Origin: Meiothermus sp.
GTDB taxonomy: Bacteria > Deinococcota > Deinococci > Deinococcales > Thermaceae
Assembly (NCBI GenBank): GCA_033762915.1
Contig: JANRLD010000056.1
Coordinates: 1-49,096, forward strand
Direction of reading: 5' to 3'
Length of the DNA: 49,096 bases
The translations under genes were made by a program, and so were the position numbers. This document shows, piece after piece, positions 30,472-39,761 of the stretch. Position 1 is the stretch's first letter. Every line of letters starts with the position of its first letter. Below the pieces are notes generated by a model. It was not told where the DNA came from and did no database searches. It saw only the letters and a list, made by a program, of their open reading frames with translations.

Positions 30472-33351
30472 ATGGAACTCCAGCGTATTCGCAATCGCAT
30501 TCAAGAAATACTTACCCACTGGGTGGGTTTGATCAACGCCGAGACCAACTACGGCCAAAACGATAAAAAAGTTACCTCGGAGCCTGTACTGGCCCAGTTG
30601 TTGGGCGTGGTCTTTGACCTTCCCCAGCTCAAGACCCTGAACGCCGATAGCGGATTCAACTACCCTGGGATCGATTTAGGGGATGCGACGGCTCGAGTGG
30701 CCATCCAGGTAACCGCCACCTCAAAACCCAACAAAATCATCCACACCATCGAGGAATTCCTGAAGCACGGGCAGTACCAGCAGTTCGACCGGCTGGTGGT
30801 CTACATCCTGACCGAAAAGCAGAGCAGTTACTCGGGCAAGAAGCTCGAGGCCGCCGTCCAAGCGTTGAACCAGCACATCCCCTTCGACCTGAAGCGCGAC
30901 GTATGGGACTGGAGGGCGGTCCACAACCGGGTTGCTGGCTTTACGGCAGAGCAGGCCCAGCGGGTGTTGGACATCCTCGAGGCCAACATCACCGGCCAGC
31001 CCACCACCAGGGCCATTCCCGTCCGCACCCTGCCCGAGCAGTACATTCCCCGCCAGGGCAAGTTTGCCGAGGTTAAGGCGCGGCTGCTCGAGGCCGCCCG
31101 GACCAGCGGCAAGGTGGGGATCACGGGGTCGGTGGCGCTGCGGGGGGCCGGAGGTTATGGGAAAACCACCCTGGCCGAGGCGGTTTTGGCGGATGAAGAG
31201 GTGGCCAAGGCGTTCCCGGATGGAATCTGGGAGGTGGTGCTGGGGGAGAACGCCAGCGAGGCATCGACCGTCGGCTGGCTCAACGAGCTGATCAAGCAGC
31301 AGACCCGCCACAACCCCGGCTTCGACAAGATTGCCTCAGCTCGAGACGCCCTGCGCAAGGCCGTGGTGGACAAGCGCCTGCTGCTGTTTGTGGACGATGC
31401 CTGGCACAAGGAGTGGTTGCAGCCCTTCTGCGAGCTGGGCTGCCCGGTGCTGGTGACCACTCGAGACGCCCGAGTCCTACCCAAAAACGCCCTCGAGGTC
31501 GAAGTGGACCACATGACGCCCGAAGAGGCTCAGGAGCTGCTGGGCCACGGGGTGGGCGAGGGGGAATGGAGCCAGCCGGAGAACACCGCACGCGCCGAGT
31601 TGGCAAATGCCCTGGGCCAATGGGCCTTGCTGCTCTCGCTGGTCAACATCTCGCTCAAGGACTATGTGCGCGGTGGACAGACCCGCCTCGAGGCCATTCA
31701 CAAAATCCAGGAGCGCCTAAGGCGCAAGGGCATCACCCACTTCGACGGCCGCAACGCCCAGCGGGAGGCGGCTGTGGCTTTAACCATGGAGGCGGGGCTG
31801 GAACACCTCGGCCCCGAGCTGCAAGCGTTCGGTCTGGACTCCGGCCACTACCAGCAACTGGCCATCTTCCCGCCCGACCAGCCCATCCCGCTGGGCGTTC
31901 TCGAGCGCCTGTGGGGCACCGACGCATACGACACCGCCGAGGTCTGCTCGATCCTACACAAACGCTCGCTGCTCTCGCAGTACCGCAACCAGACCATCCT
32001 GCTGCATGACGTCACTCGGCTCTACCTCAAAGAGAAGCATAAAGCCGCGCTGTCACAGTGGCACCAGCAATTTTTAGACCATTTCAAACCGCCCACAGGC
32101 CACTGGGCTGACCTACCTCATTCCGAGACATACGTCTGGCAATGGCTGGCACACCACCTGCAAGGGGCCAACCAGAAAGACCAACTCCAAGCCGTCTTAG
32201 CCGACTTTGACTTCTTGCAGAACAAGTTGGGTGCCCTCAAAAGCGTTTGGAGTCTGGTTGAAGATTTTGAACAGCTCGAGGGTGTAGAAGCATCGATGCT
32301 GCGTAGGGCGATTCAGATGAGTACGGATGTATTGCATAATCACCCGAAACAACTAGCACCTCAATTGATTGGACGACTTTCAGGTCAGGAATTTTTGCAA
32401 TTTTCAAGTCTAATTCATGCTGCAAAAGCTGCTTTAGAGACTGTGGGGATCTCTCCGTTTTTACAACGCCCGTTTCTGAAATCACCAATTGAGCAAAAAC
32501 CTTCCCAAAAAATCTCCGACGTTCAAATAAGTGCAATAGCTTCTTTACCTGATGAAAAGTTCGTGATTGCCTCAGATGATCGAACTTTACGAGTCTTGAA
32601 CCCACTTGATGAAAGGCTTTCATTGTTTGCGAAGAACCTTAATCCGATACTTGCGTTGTGTGCTCTTCCTGATGGGAGGGTGGTCAGTGGTTCTGAAGAT
32701 TGCATTCTTCGTATTTGGGATATACAAAGTGGGACTTCACAGGAGTTGAGGGGACACGTAGGCCCGATCACCTCATTGGCAACTCTTCCCGACGGGAGAG
32801 TAATCAGTGGCTCTAGGGACAATACTTTGCGGGTTTGGAATTTACATAGTGGAAAATCGCAGGTTATGCATGGTCACAGGCACTGGATAAATGCAATAAG
32901 TGCTCTTCCTGATGGGCAGGTCGTTAGCGGCTCGAGTGACTGTGACGTAAGGATATGGGACTTGGAAAAGGGTCAGTCTCAAGTATTGCAAGGCCACACT
33001 AGCTCTGTAACCGCCTTAATGGGTTTTTTTGATAATCAGGTCATCAGTGGTTCGTATGATTCCACTTTGAGATTTTGGGAACCAAAAACCATGAGCAATC
33101 AATCATTAAAATACCTAGGTAACTCGGTCAAATGTATTGCACCACTCTCAAATGAGCATGTGATTATCGGTTGGCGAAATAACTCATTTGAGGTGTTTGA
33201 CCTTCAAAATATGTCGACGTGTTCGTGGGTTAAGCTTGACACCTTATTGACTTGTATGGCGGTTGGTTCTGTGAAGGACAAAACAGTTTTGGGAATTGGA
33301 ACGAGAGATGGGCAGGTCATTCTGCTTCAGTCAAGCTTCAAAAAAAATTAA
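30472..33351 (+). CDS. SMEK domain - NB-ARC (STAND ATPase) - Apaf-1-like helical domain - WD40 repeat protein, candidate defence NLR
   Basis: SE...NYPGIDLGD...AIQVT (SMEK); GAGGYGKTT, LLFVDDAW, LVTTRD, LHD; about 7 WD40 repeats (GH...SGSxDxTLRxW). Confidence 0.85.
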   Translation: MELQRIRNRIQEILTHWVGLINAETNYGQNDKKVTSEPVLAQLLGVVFDLPQLKTLNADSGFNYPGIDLGDATARVAIQVTATSKPNKIIHTIEEFLKHGQYQQFDRLVVYILTEKQSSYSGKKLEAAVQALNQHIPFDLKRDVWDWRAVHNRVAGFTAEQAQRVLDILEANITGQPTTRAIPVRTLPEQYIPRQGKFAEVKARLLEAARTSGKVGITGSVALRGAGGYGKTTLAEAVLADEEVAKAFPDGIWEVVLGENASEASTVGWLNELIKQQTRHNPGFDKIASARDALRKAVVDKRLLLFVDDAWHKEWLQPFCELGCPVLVTTRDARVLPKNALEVEVDHMTPEEAQELLGHGVGEGEWSQPENTARAELANALGQWALLLSLVNISLKDYVRGGQTRLEAIHKIQERLRRKGITHFDGRNAQREAAVALTMEAGLEHLGPELQAFGLDSGHYQQLAIFPPDQPIPLGVLERLWGTDAYDTAEVCSILHKRSLLSQYRNQTILLHDVTRLYLKEKHKAALSQWHQQFLDHFKPPTGHWADLPHSETYVWQWLAHHLQGANQKDQLQAVLADFDFLQNKLGALKSVWSLVEDFEQLEGVEASMLRRAIQMSTDVLHNHPKQLAPQLIGRLSGQEFLQFSSLIHAAKAALETVGISPFLQRPFLKSPIEQKPSQKISDVQISAIASLPDEKFVIASDDRTLRVLNPLDERLSLFAKNLNPILALCALPDGRVVSGSEDCILRIWDIQSGTSQELRGHVGPITSLATLPDGRVISGSRDNTLRVWNLHSGKSQVMHGHRHWINAISALPDGQVVSGSSDCDVRIWDLEKGQSQVLQGHTSSVTALMGFFDNQVISGSYDSTLRFWEPKTMSNQSLKYLGNSVKCIAPLSNEHVIIGWRNNSFEVFDLQNMSTCSWVKLDTLLTCMAVGSVKDKTVLGIGTRDGQVILLQSSFKKN

Positions 33352-33578
33352 GATGACTGATTCTCAAACCACTGGGGCACGCTTTCATCTACACCTCGAG
33401 CTTTGTGGGAGTTTTCCCTGTCCGGCGGCTGGCCAAGCAGTACCGCTAAGAGAATGCCTCGGCCCGCTGTCGGCTCGAGTCGGTCGGGGCGAGGGACTGA
33501 ACTTTGGAGATCGGAAACACTTGGGTAAGGCTGGTTGAGGAGTCCGCCAAAAGCAAAGTCAAACCTCTCCCCGGCCCC

Positions 33579-34298
33579 CTAACGCTCCTCGAGAACGCCC
33601 TGCCGCAGCAGCCCGGGCACCACCGGCTCGCCCACGCGCAGCAGCGCGTAGCTGCCTAGCCGTCGCGCCACGGTGCGGAGGCGGAAGAGGTGGTTTTCCA
33701 GGGCCTCGCGGTATCCCGCCACTTCCTCCGGGCCAACCTCGAGCTTCCCCCCAGCCTCCACGTCGCGCAACAGCCCCTCATCAAAACTGGGGGACAGCTC
33801 TTCCGGGGCCATGATCTGTACCAGCACCACGTGCCGTAGCTTTTGCAGCAGGCGCGACCAGTCCAGCTCGTCGAGCCCGTCGGTTAGCAGTACCGTCACT
33901 CCCCGGGGGCGCGGAACGCTCAGAAGCTGGCTGGGGCCGCCGGCCACTGCTTTGGGGCTGTTTTGATAACGGCCCGCGCCCCATAGGTAGGCTCCCTCGG
34001 TTTTGGCAGACTCGGCCAGTACCCGCAGCACCCGCTCGGCGTACTCGGCCTTGTCCAGCAGCCGCATGCTGGGCGAGCCGTCCAGAAAGAAGGTGAACCG
34101 CGCGGGGGCCTCGGCTTGGTACAGCTTGGTGTAGAGCCGCCCGGTGCGGGCGTAGGCCCGCCAGTCGATGAACCTTGGCTCGTCGCCCTGGGCGTAGCCC
34201 CGCAACTCGTAGAACTCGAGGCCGCGCCCGGGCCGCGCCAGCCGCCGCTCCCCGGCGAAGGGCTGGGTGGGGCGGGTTTTTATGCGGTACCGGGTCAT
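33579..34298 (-). CDS. DUF58 domain protein
   Basis: EFYELRGYAQGDEPRFIDWRAYAR, DGSPSM, TDG. Confidence 0.88.
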   Translation of the reverse strand: MTRYRIKTRPTQPFAGERRLARPGRGLEFYELRGYAQGDEPRFIDWRAYARTGRLYTKLYQAEAPARFTFFLDGSPSMRLLDKAEYAERVLRVLAESAKTEGAYLWGAGRYQNSPKAVAGGPSQLLSVPRPRGVTVLLTDGLDELDWSRLLQKLRHVVLVQIMAPEELSPSFDEGLLRDVEAGGKLEVGPEEVAGYREALENHLFRLRTVARRLGSYALLRVGEPVVPGLLRQGVLEER

Positions 34299-34385
34299 GG
34301 GGTGGTGGGGCAGTTCGGTCGTTTGGCGGCGCTCGAGGCAGTGCGGACACGAGGGGCTAGAGGCCCACGGTCGGGGCGCTCGGCC

Positions 34386-35294
34386 TTATTTGGCCATGGT
34401 CCGCCGCAGCAGGTCTTGCAGCACGCCCTCTACCCGCATTCCCTCGAACTGGGCCTCCTCGGTGAGCAGCAGGCGGTGGGCGAGGGCCGGGCCGGCCGAG
34501 GCGCGGAGGTCATCCCACTCGAGGTGGGCGCGGCCCGAGAGATAGGCCAGGGCCTTGGCCAGGTTGAGCCAGGCCTTGGCCCCCCGTGGCGATAGGGCCA
34601 TCCGCAAGTGCTTCTCCTCGGCGGCCAGGGCGGCGGTGTTGGCGATGGCCTCGAGGGCGGGCTGGCTGGCCACTACCAGCCGGCTGGCCTCTCGGGCCGC
34701 TAGGAGGTCGAGGCCAACCACCGGGACAGGGCGGGCGGGCTCTTCGGAGAGGATGCGTAGCCAGGAGGCGCGGGGCGGGGCCACCACCGAGATTTTGGCC
34801 ATGAAGCGGTCGAGCTGGGCCTCGGGCAGGGGATAGGTGCCTTCCAGCTCCAGCGGGTTCTGGGTCGCCAGCACCATGAACGGCTCGGGCAGGGTGTGGC
34901 GCACCCCGCTCACGGTCACGCCGCGCTCCTGCATGGCCTCGAGCAGGGCCGACTGGGTTTTGGGGGTGGCGCGGTTTACTTCGTCGGCCAGCACCACCTG
35001 GGCGAAGATGGGGCCGGGCCGGTAGACAAACTGGCCGTCCTCGAGGACTTCGGTGCCGGTCACGTCGGCGGGGAGCAGGTCGGGGGTGAACTGGATGCGG
35101 CGATAGGACAGGCCGGAGGCTTCGGCGAAGGCTTTGGCCAGGAGGGTTTTGCCCAGGCCGGGGAGGCCCTCGAGCAGGGCGTGCCCGCCCGCCACGGCGG
35201 TGGCCAGCAGCTCCTTGATGACCTGTTCTTGCCCGAACAGGACGGTGGACAGCGAGACTTGCAGGCTCGACAGCGCGGCTCGGGGGTCGCTCAC
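34386..35294 (-). CDS. moxR: MoxR family AAA+ ATPase
   Basis: GLPGLGKT, RIQFTPDLLPAD, DEVNRATPKTQSALLE, ATQNP; GTG start 7 nt after TATCCT. Confidence 0.92.
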   Translation of the reverse strand: MSDPRAALSSLQVSLSTVLFGQEQVIKELLATAVAGGHALLEGLPGLGKTLLAKAFAEASGLSYRRIQFTPDLLPADVTGTEVLEDGQFVYRPGPIFAQVVLADEVNRATPKTQSALLEAMQERGVTVSGVRHTLPEPFMVLATQNPLELEGTYPLPEAQLDRFMAKISVVAPPRASWLRILSEEPARPVPVVGLDLLAAREASRLVVASQPALEAIANTAALAAEEKHLRMALSPRGAKAWLNLAKALAYLSGRAHLEWDDLRASAGPALAHRLLLTEEAQFEGMRVEGVLQDLLRRTMAK

Positions 35295-35413
35295 AAGGAT
35301 GAGGATACAGGGCGGGCGTCGGGCTGCGTGTGGTTTGTGGAAGGTTTGGGCAGGGGACAGAGGGCCACAGCCCAGCCCCTGGGGGGTCGGACGGCTCCTG
35401 GCGGCCCAGGCCT

Positions 35414-35622
35414 CAGGGCAACCGCAAAGTCGGGTTTTTGGGAGCAACTCCGAAAGCCAGCAGGCATAACCATGAAGTCCACCCCTACAGCGTAGGGGTG
35501 GGTAGGGCGGGGTTTGTTCCGTGCTGACCGATGTATTCGCTGACTGAATGGGCGACCTCGGAACAGACCCCTCCAACCTCCCCTACAGCGTAGGGCCTTA
35601 AGGCGACTTTGCGGTTGCCCTG
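35414..35622. mobile_element. MITE (209 bp), ISAs1-family-like ends, copy 1
   Basis: Perfect 19-bp TIRs cagggcaaccgcaaagtcg/cgactttgcggttgccctg; 10-bp target duplication gcccaggcct (35404-35413, 35623-35632). Confidence 0.9.
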
Positions 35623-35668
35623 GCCCAGGCCTTGACGCTCGAGGCTTAAGTCTCGAGAATCGTTCGCA

Positions 35669-36259
35669 ATGGAGCAGGTCTACGTTCTTCCCGCCGAGCG
35701 CTTCCCCGCACCCTCCGGTCGGCTGCTCGAGCTGACCGAGGCCTTCTGGCTCGAGCTGTGTGGGGACGGGCGGTTCATGCCCCGCGCTGCGGCCGAGCAA
35801 GACCCCCGCTTCCGGCAGGTCATTCCGTACTGTGTGGTCCGGTTCGAGGGCCGGCTGCTGCTGATGCGCCGCACCCGCGGCGGCGGCGAAGCGCGGCTGC
35901 ACGACCTGCACACCCTGGGGGTGGGCGGCCACATCAACCCCGAGGACCAGCAAGGCGGCGCAGACCAGGGCGACCTGATCTCTAGCGCGATGAGGCGCGA
36001 GCTGCTCGAGGAAATCCACCTCGGCGGCTACCAAGCCCGGCCGGTCGGGCTGATTGTGATGGACGACTCGGCGGTTTCGCGGGTACACGCCGGGGTGGTG
36101 TTCTTGGTCGAGTCGGAAGAGGCCCCCTGGGTGCGGGAGACCGAGAAGCTCGAGGGCGGCCTGGCCTCGCTGGAGGAGGTGGGCCGGGCCTACGGCAAGC
36201 TCGAAAGCTGGTCGCAACTGGCTTTCAACTGGCTGGCCCGCCAGCCCGGAAGCCCCTAA
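35669..36259 (+). CDS. NUDIX-fold predicted phosphoesterase (COG4112-like)
   Basis: AEQDPRFRQVIPY, GVGGHIN, RELLEE, VHAG, LESWS. Confidence 0.82.
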   Translation: MEQVYVLPAERFPAPSGRLLELTEAFWLELCGDGRFMPRAAAEQDPRFRQVIPYCVVRFEGRLLLMRRTRGGGEARLHDLHTLGVGGHINPEDQQGGADQGDLISSAMRRELLEEIHLGGYQARPVGLIVMDDSAVSRVHAGVVFLVESEEAPWVRETEKLEGGLASLEEVGRAYGKLESWSQLAFNWLARQPGSP

Positions 36260-37404
36260 GGCGAAGCTGGTGCCCCCTGGGTTTGGCCCTGTACGCCGTC
36301 CAGGAAGCGGCCCAGCCGCCGTAAACCCTCCTCGAGGTTGGCCGCCGCCCCGCCGCCCACGCCCAGGCGGATGTGCTGCGACAGACCGTAGGCGCTGCCG
36401 GGGATGACCAGGGTTTTGAAGGGCGGCTCGAGCATGGCCTCCGAAAGGGCGTCGCTGTCGATCCCGCTCAGCCGGGCCAGCCCGATCAACCCGGCCCTGG
36501 GTGCCACCCACGACAGCTCCGGCCTCGAGGACACAAAGCGCTCCAGCAGTGCCAGGTTGGCCCGACCCTCCTCTCGAGCCCTGTCCAGCGCGGCCCGGTA
36601 GCGCTCGGGGCGCAGGGCAATCTCCGCGACGGCCTCGCCCAGGACATTCATGATCTCGCTGCTGTTCTCCCGCAGCACCACCGCGTCCGAGACCAGCTTG
36701 GGGTCGCGGCAGACCAGCCATCCGGTGCGCAGGCCCTGCAGCCCCAGGGCCTTGGAGACGCTGCCGGTGGTGATGCCCCGCTCGTAGAGGTCCGCGACCG
36801 AGGGCGAGCGCCCGGCGGCCCACTCGAGGCCCGCATACACCTCGTCCACCAGCAAATAGGCCCCAACCCTGGCGGCGATCTCGGCGACGCGCCCCAGCTC
36901 CTCGGCGCTTAACAGGTGCCCGGTGGGGTTGTTGGGGTTGGTCAGGAAGATCAGCCTGGTTTTGGGCGTCACCAGCGCCTCGAGTTCGGCCAGGTCGAAG
37001 GCCCAGCCCTGCTCCTCCCGGCGCCTCAGGGGCCTGACGGTGGCCCCAATGGCCTCGCCCAGCACCAGCGGCTGCGGCCAGCCGGGGCTCTCGACGACCA
37101 TCTCGTCGCCGGGCTGCACCAGCTGCATGATGGCCAGGAAGTTGGCCTCGGCGGCCCCGGCCGTAACCAGGATGTCCTCGAGGCGGCAGTTGCTCATGCC
37201 ACCCACCCGCAGCACATGCTCGCGCAGCGCCGGCATGCCCTGAAACGACTGGCCCGACCAGTCCAGCGAGAGATCGGGCGCCAGTTCGGCCAGAAAGTCG
37301 CCCAGCTTTGGCGAGGCGGAAAGCGAGAACCCTACGGCAGCCTCGGGGTTTTTGGCGGTGGTCTGGAGCAGGATCTCAAAAAGGCGGTGGACTTTGACGT
37401 ACAC
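36256..37404 (-). CDS. PLP-dependent aminotransferase class I/II
   Basis: NPNNPTG, DEVY, SVSKALGLQGLRTGW. Confidence 0.92.
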   Translation of the reverse strand: MYVKVHRLFEILLQTTAKNPEAAVGFSLSASPKLGDFLAELAPDLSLDWSGQSFQGMPALREHVLRVGGMSNCRLEDILVTAGAAEANFLAIMQLVQPGDEMVVESPGWPQPLVLGEAIGATVRPLRRREEQGWAFDLAELEALVTPKTRLIFLTNPNNPTGHLLSAEELGRVAEIAARVGAYLLVDEVYAGLEWAAGRSPSVADLYERGITTGSVSKALGLQGLRTGWLVCRDPKLVSDAVVLRENSSEIMNVLGEAVAEIALRPERYRAALDRAREEGRANLALLERFVSSRPELSWVAPRAGLIGLARLSGIDSDALSEAMLEPPFKTLVIPGSAYGLSQHIRLGVGGGAAANLEEGLRRLGRFLDGVQGQTQGAPASP

Positions 37405-37472
37405 CCGGCGATGATACCGTCCATCGCCGGCCCCCGAAAGCCGAGGGCAGCGGCCTGAAGTATTCTCTTGCC

Positions 37473-38195
37473 ATGACCGCGCTCCGCCGGCTCTACGTCC
37501 TCGACCTCGGGCTGTTTCACGTCGCTGCGGGGCGCACCATCGGGATTCCGGGGTATCTGATCCAGACGGCGGACCATCAGAACATCCTGGTAGACTCCGG
37601 CTTTCCGCCCAAGTACGCCCAGGACCCCGAGGGGGCCGGCCTCGAGGACCGCTTGCACACCTTCGGCCAGCTGATCGACTTTAGCTCGAGGCAGCTTGTT
37701 GCGGGCCAGCTGGCCCTGCTGGGGCTCACGCTCCGCGACATTGACCTGTTTGTGCTCAGCCACGGCGATATCGACCACGTGGGGGCGCTGCCGGAGTTCG
37801 CGGGTCGGCCGGTGGTGGTGGGGGCCGCCGAGCGGGCCATGCCCAGGCCGCGCTACTTCGGCGACTGCCAGCCCCTGGAGTGGCCCCCGGCCGAGTACCG
37901 CCTGATCGACCGCGACACCGTGCTGATGCCGGGCCTCGAGCTGCTCTGCACCCCCGGCCACAGCCCCGGTCACCTCTCGCTGTTGCTTCAGCTGCCCCAA
38001 ACCGGCAGCGTGCTGCTGACCTGCGACGCCATCTCGAGGCCGGCCGAACTCAGCGAAAACCTGTTGGAAGGGGAGACCCTGCGCCAGGCCGAGCGCCTGA
38101 TGCGGCTCGCCGAGCAATCCCGCGCCTTGGTCATCTACGGCCACGACCCCGCGCAGTGGCCGGTGCTCAAAAAAGCCCCGGACTTCTACGACTGA
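37473..38195 (+). CDS. N-acyl-homoserine lactonase family metallo-beta-lactamase fold protein
   Basis: SHGDIDHVG, TPGHSPGH, DA, GHD. Confidence 0.8.
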   Translation: MTALRRLYVLDLGLFHVAAGRTIGIPGYLIQTADHQNILVDSGFPPKYAQDPEGAGLEDRLHTFGQLIDFSSRQLVAGQLALLGLTLRDIDLFVLSHGDIDHVGALPEFAGRPVVVGAAERAMPRPRYFGDCQPLEWPPAEYRLIDRDTVLMPGLELLCTPGHSPGHLSLLLQLPQTGSVLLTCDAISRPAELSENLLEGETLRQAERLMRLAEQSRALVIYGHDPAQWPVLKKAPDFYD

Positions 38196-38238
38196 ACGCG
38201 CTTCCCAGGCCTACTCCGCCCACGGTGCGGACAGCCGC

Positions 38239-38961
38239 TCAGCGCACGTCCCGGCCCTGGTTCAGGATAATCACGTTGCCGCTGCAACAGTCGCCCGCCG
38301 GGGAGGCCAGGAAGGCCACCCAGGCCCCGATTTCCTCGGGCTTCATGGCCTCGCCCCTGGGCATCCCGGCTAAGGCTTGGGCCAGAACCTCCGGCTCCAC
38401 CACATCGAAGAGGTCGGTGCGGGTCATGGCGGGGGCGATGGAGTTGACGCAGATGGCGTCCTTCGCGTAGCGCCGGGCCAGGTGCTTGGTAAGGTTGTCC
38501 ATCGCGGCCTTGGAGGCGCGGTAGTGGGCGGGGTCGAAGACCTCGAAGTTGTAGGCCCCGTTGCTCGAGATGTTGACGATCTTCTTCACCCCGGGACGGG
38601 AGAGCATCCGTGGGATGGCCTGCTGGCAGCAGTAGAAGGCCGAGTCGAAGTTGATGGCCATCTGGCGGCGGAACTCCTCTGGCGAGATGTCCAGGAAGTC
38701 GTTCATGAAGCAGGTTCCGGCGTTGTTGACCAGGATGTCGAGCGGGCCAATCCCCTCGAAGGCCTGACGGACCGCCTCTGGGTCGGACACATCGGCGACA
38801 ACGGGCGTGAAGGACCCGCCCAACTCGGCCGCCGTCCTGCCCAGGCGTTCGCCGTCGAGGTCGAGCCCGAACACCCTACAGCCCTGCGCCAACAGCGCTC
38901 TCGAGACCGCCAGCCCCAGGCCCCTCGCCGCCCCCGTCACCACCGCGATGCGTTCGGTCAT
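38239..38961 (-). CDS. Short-chain dehydrogenase/reductase
   Basis: TGAARGLG, NNAG, YRASK. Confidence 0.9.
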   Translation of the reverse strand: MTERIAVVTGAARGLGLAVSRALLAQGCRVFGLDLDGERLGRTAAELGGSFTPVVADVSDPEAVRQAFEGIGPLDILVNNAGTCFMNDFLDISPEEFRRQMAINFDSAFYCCQQAIPRMLSRPGVKKIVNISSNGAYNFEVFDPAHYRASKAAMDNLTKHLARRYAKDAICVNSIAPAMTRTDLFDVVEPEVLAQALAGMPRGEAMKPEEIGAWVAFLASPAGDCCSGNVIILNQGRDVR

Positions 38962-38993
38962 GGCTGGATTGTATCGCCTGCGGCGGGCTGGGG

Positions 38994-39437
38994 CTAAGAC
39001 GGCCTTACCACCAGCCAGGCCCCGGCGATCAACATCCCGATGCCGAGCAGCTTTGCCAGGTCCAGGGGCTTGACCGGGCTACCCAGCCAGCCGAAGTGGC
39101 CGATTATGGCACCGACGATGAGCTGAGAGACCACGAAAACCACGATGGTGGCGGTCACCCCGATGCGGGCGGTGGCGAAGCTCAGGCCCATCACCAGCCC
39201 CACGCCCAGCACCCCCGGCAGGTAGCCGTACCAGGGCACCGCGGGCATATCGCGGAAGTTTCTCATGCCCAAAAAGAGCAGCGGCACCAGCGCGACGATG
39301 GCCCCGACCACGTGCGGCACCAGCGCTCCCTCCAGCAGCCCCAGCTTGCTCGAGGTCAGCGCGTTGAGGGGGGCCTGCACTCCCGCGAAAACCCCCGCCG
39401 CTACTGCCACCAGAATTACAAAGATCAGTGCGTCCAT
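38994..39437 (-). CDS. DMT family transporter (YdcZ-like)
   Basis: QAPLN, PWY.YLPG.LG, HFGWLG; about 5 TM helices; ATG 7 nt after TATGCT. Confidence 0.85.
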   Translation of the reverse strand: MDALIFVILVAVAAGVFAGVQAPLNALTSSKLGLLEGALVPHVVGAIVALVPLLFLGMRNFRDMPAVPWYGYLPGVLGVGLVMGLSFATARIGVTATIVVFVVSQLIVGAIIGHFGWLGSPVKPLDLAKLLGIGMLIAGAWLVVRPS

Positions 39438-39492
39438 GCCCCTGAGCATACCGGCTGGGCTGGGCCGGGTGTGTGGGCGTGGATGGGGAGGA

Positions 39493-39705
39493 CAGGGCAA
39501 TCGCAAAGTCGGGTTTTTGGGAGCAACTCCGAAAGCCAGCAGGCTTAACCATGAAGTCCACCCCAACGCTGTAGGGGTGGGTAGGGCGGGGTTTGTTCCG
39601 CGCTGACCCATGTATTCGCTGACTGAATGGGCGACCTCGGAACAGACCCCTCCAACCTCCCCTACGCTGTAGGGGAGGCTTTAAGGCGACTTTGCATTTG
39701 CCCTG
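39493..39705. mobile_element. MITE (213 bp), copy 2
   Basis: Near-identical to 35414-35622, same orientation; imperfect TIRs; no target duplication visible. Confidence 0.88.
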
Positions 39706-39761
39706 CGGCCCGCATTCAACCGCCCGCCGCTCGAGCACTTCTGGCTCACCGCCCACTGCGC

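Noticed and set aside
27597..30558. Long ORF-track calls 27597..29201, 28511..30472 and 29170..30558 as fusions
   Set aside because: Upstream extensions overlap real genes in other frames; true starts are 28514, 29164 and 30174
35414..39705. Composite transposon formed by the two MITEs around five genes
   Set aside because: Copy 1 has its own target duplication and the outer flanks do not match
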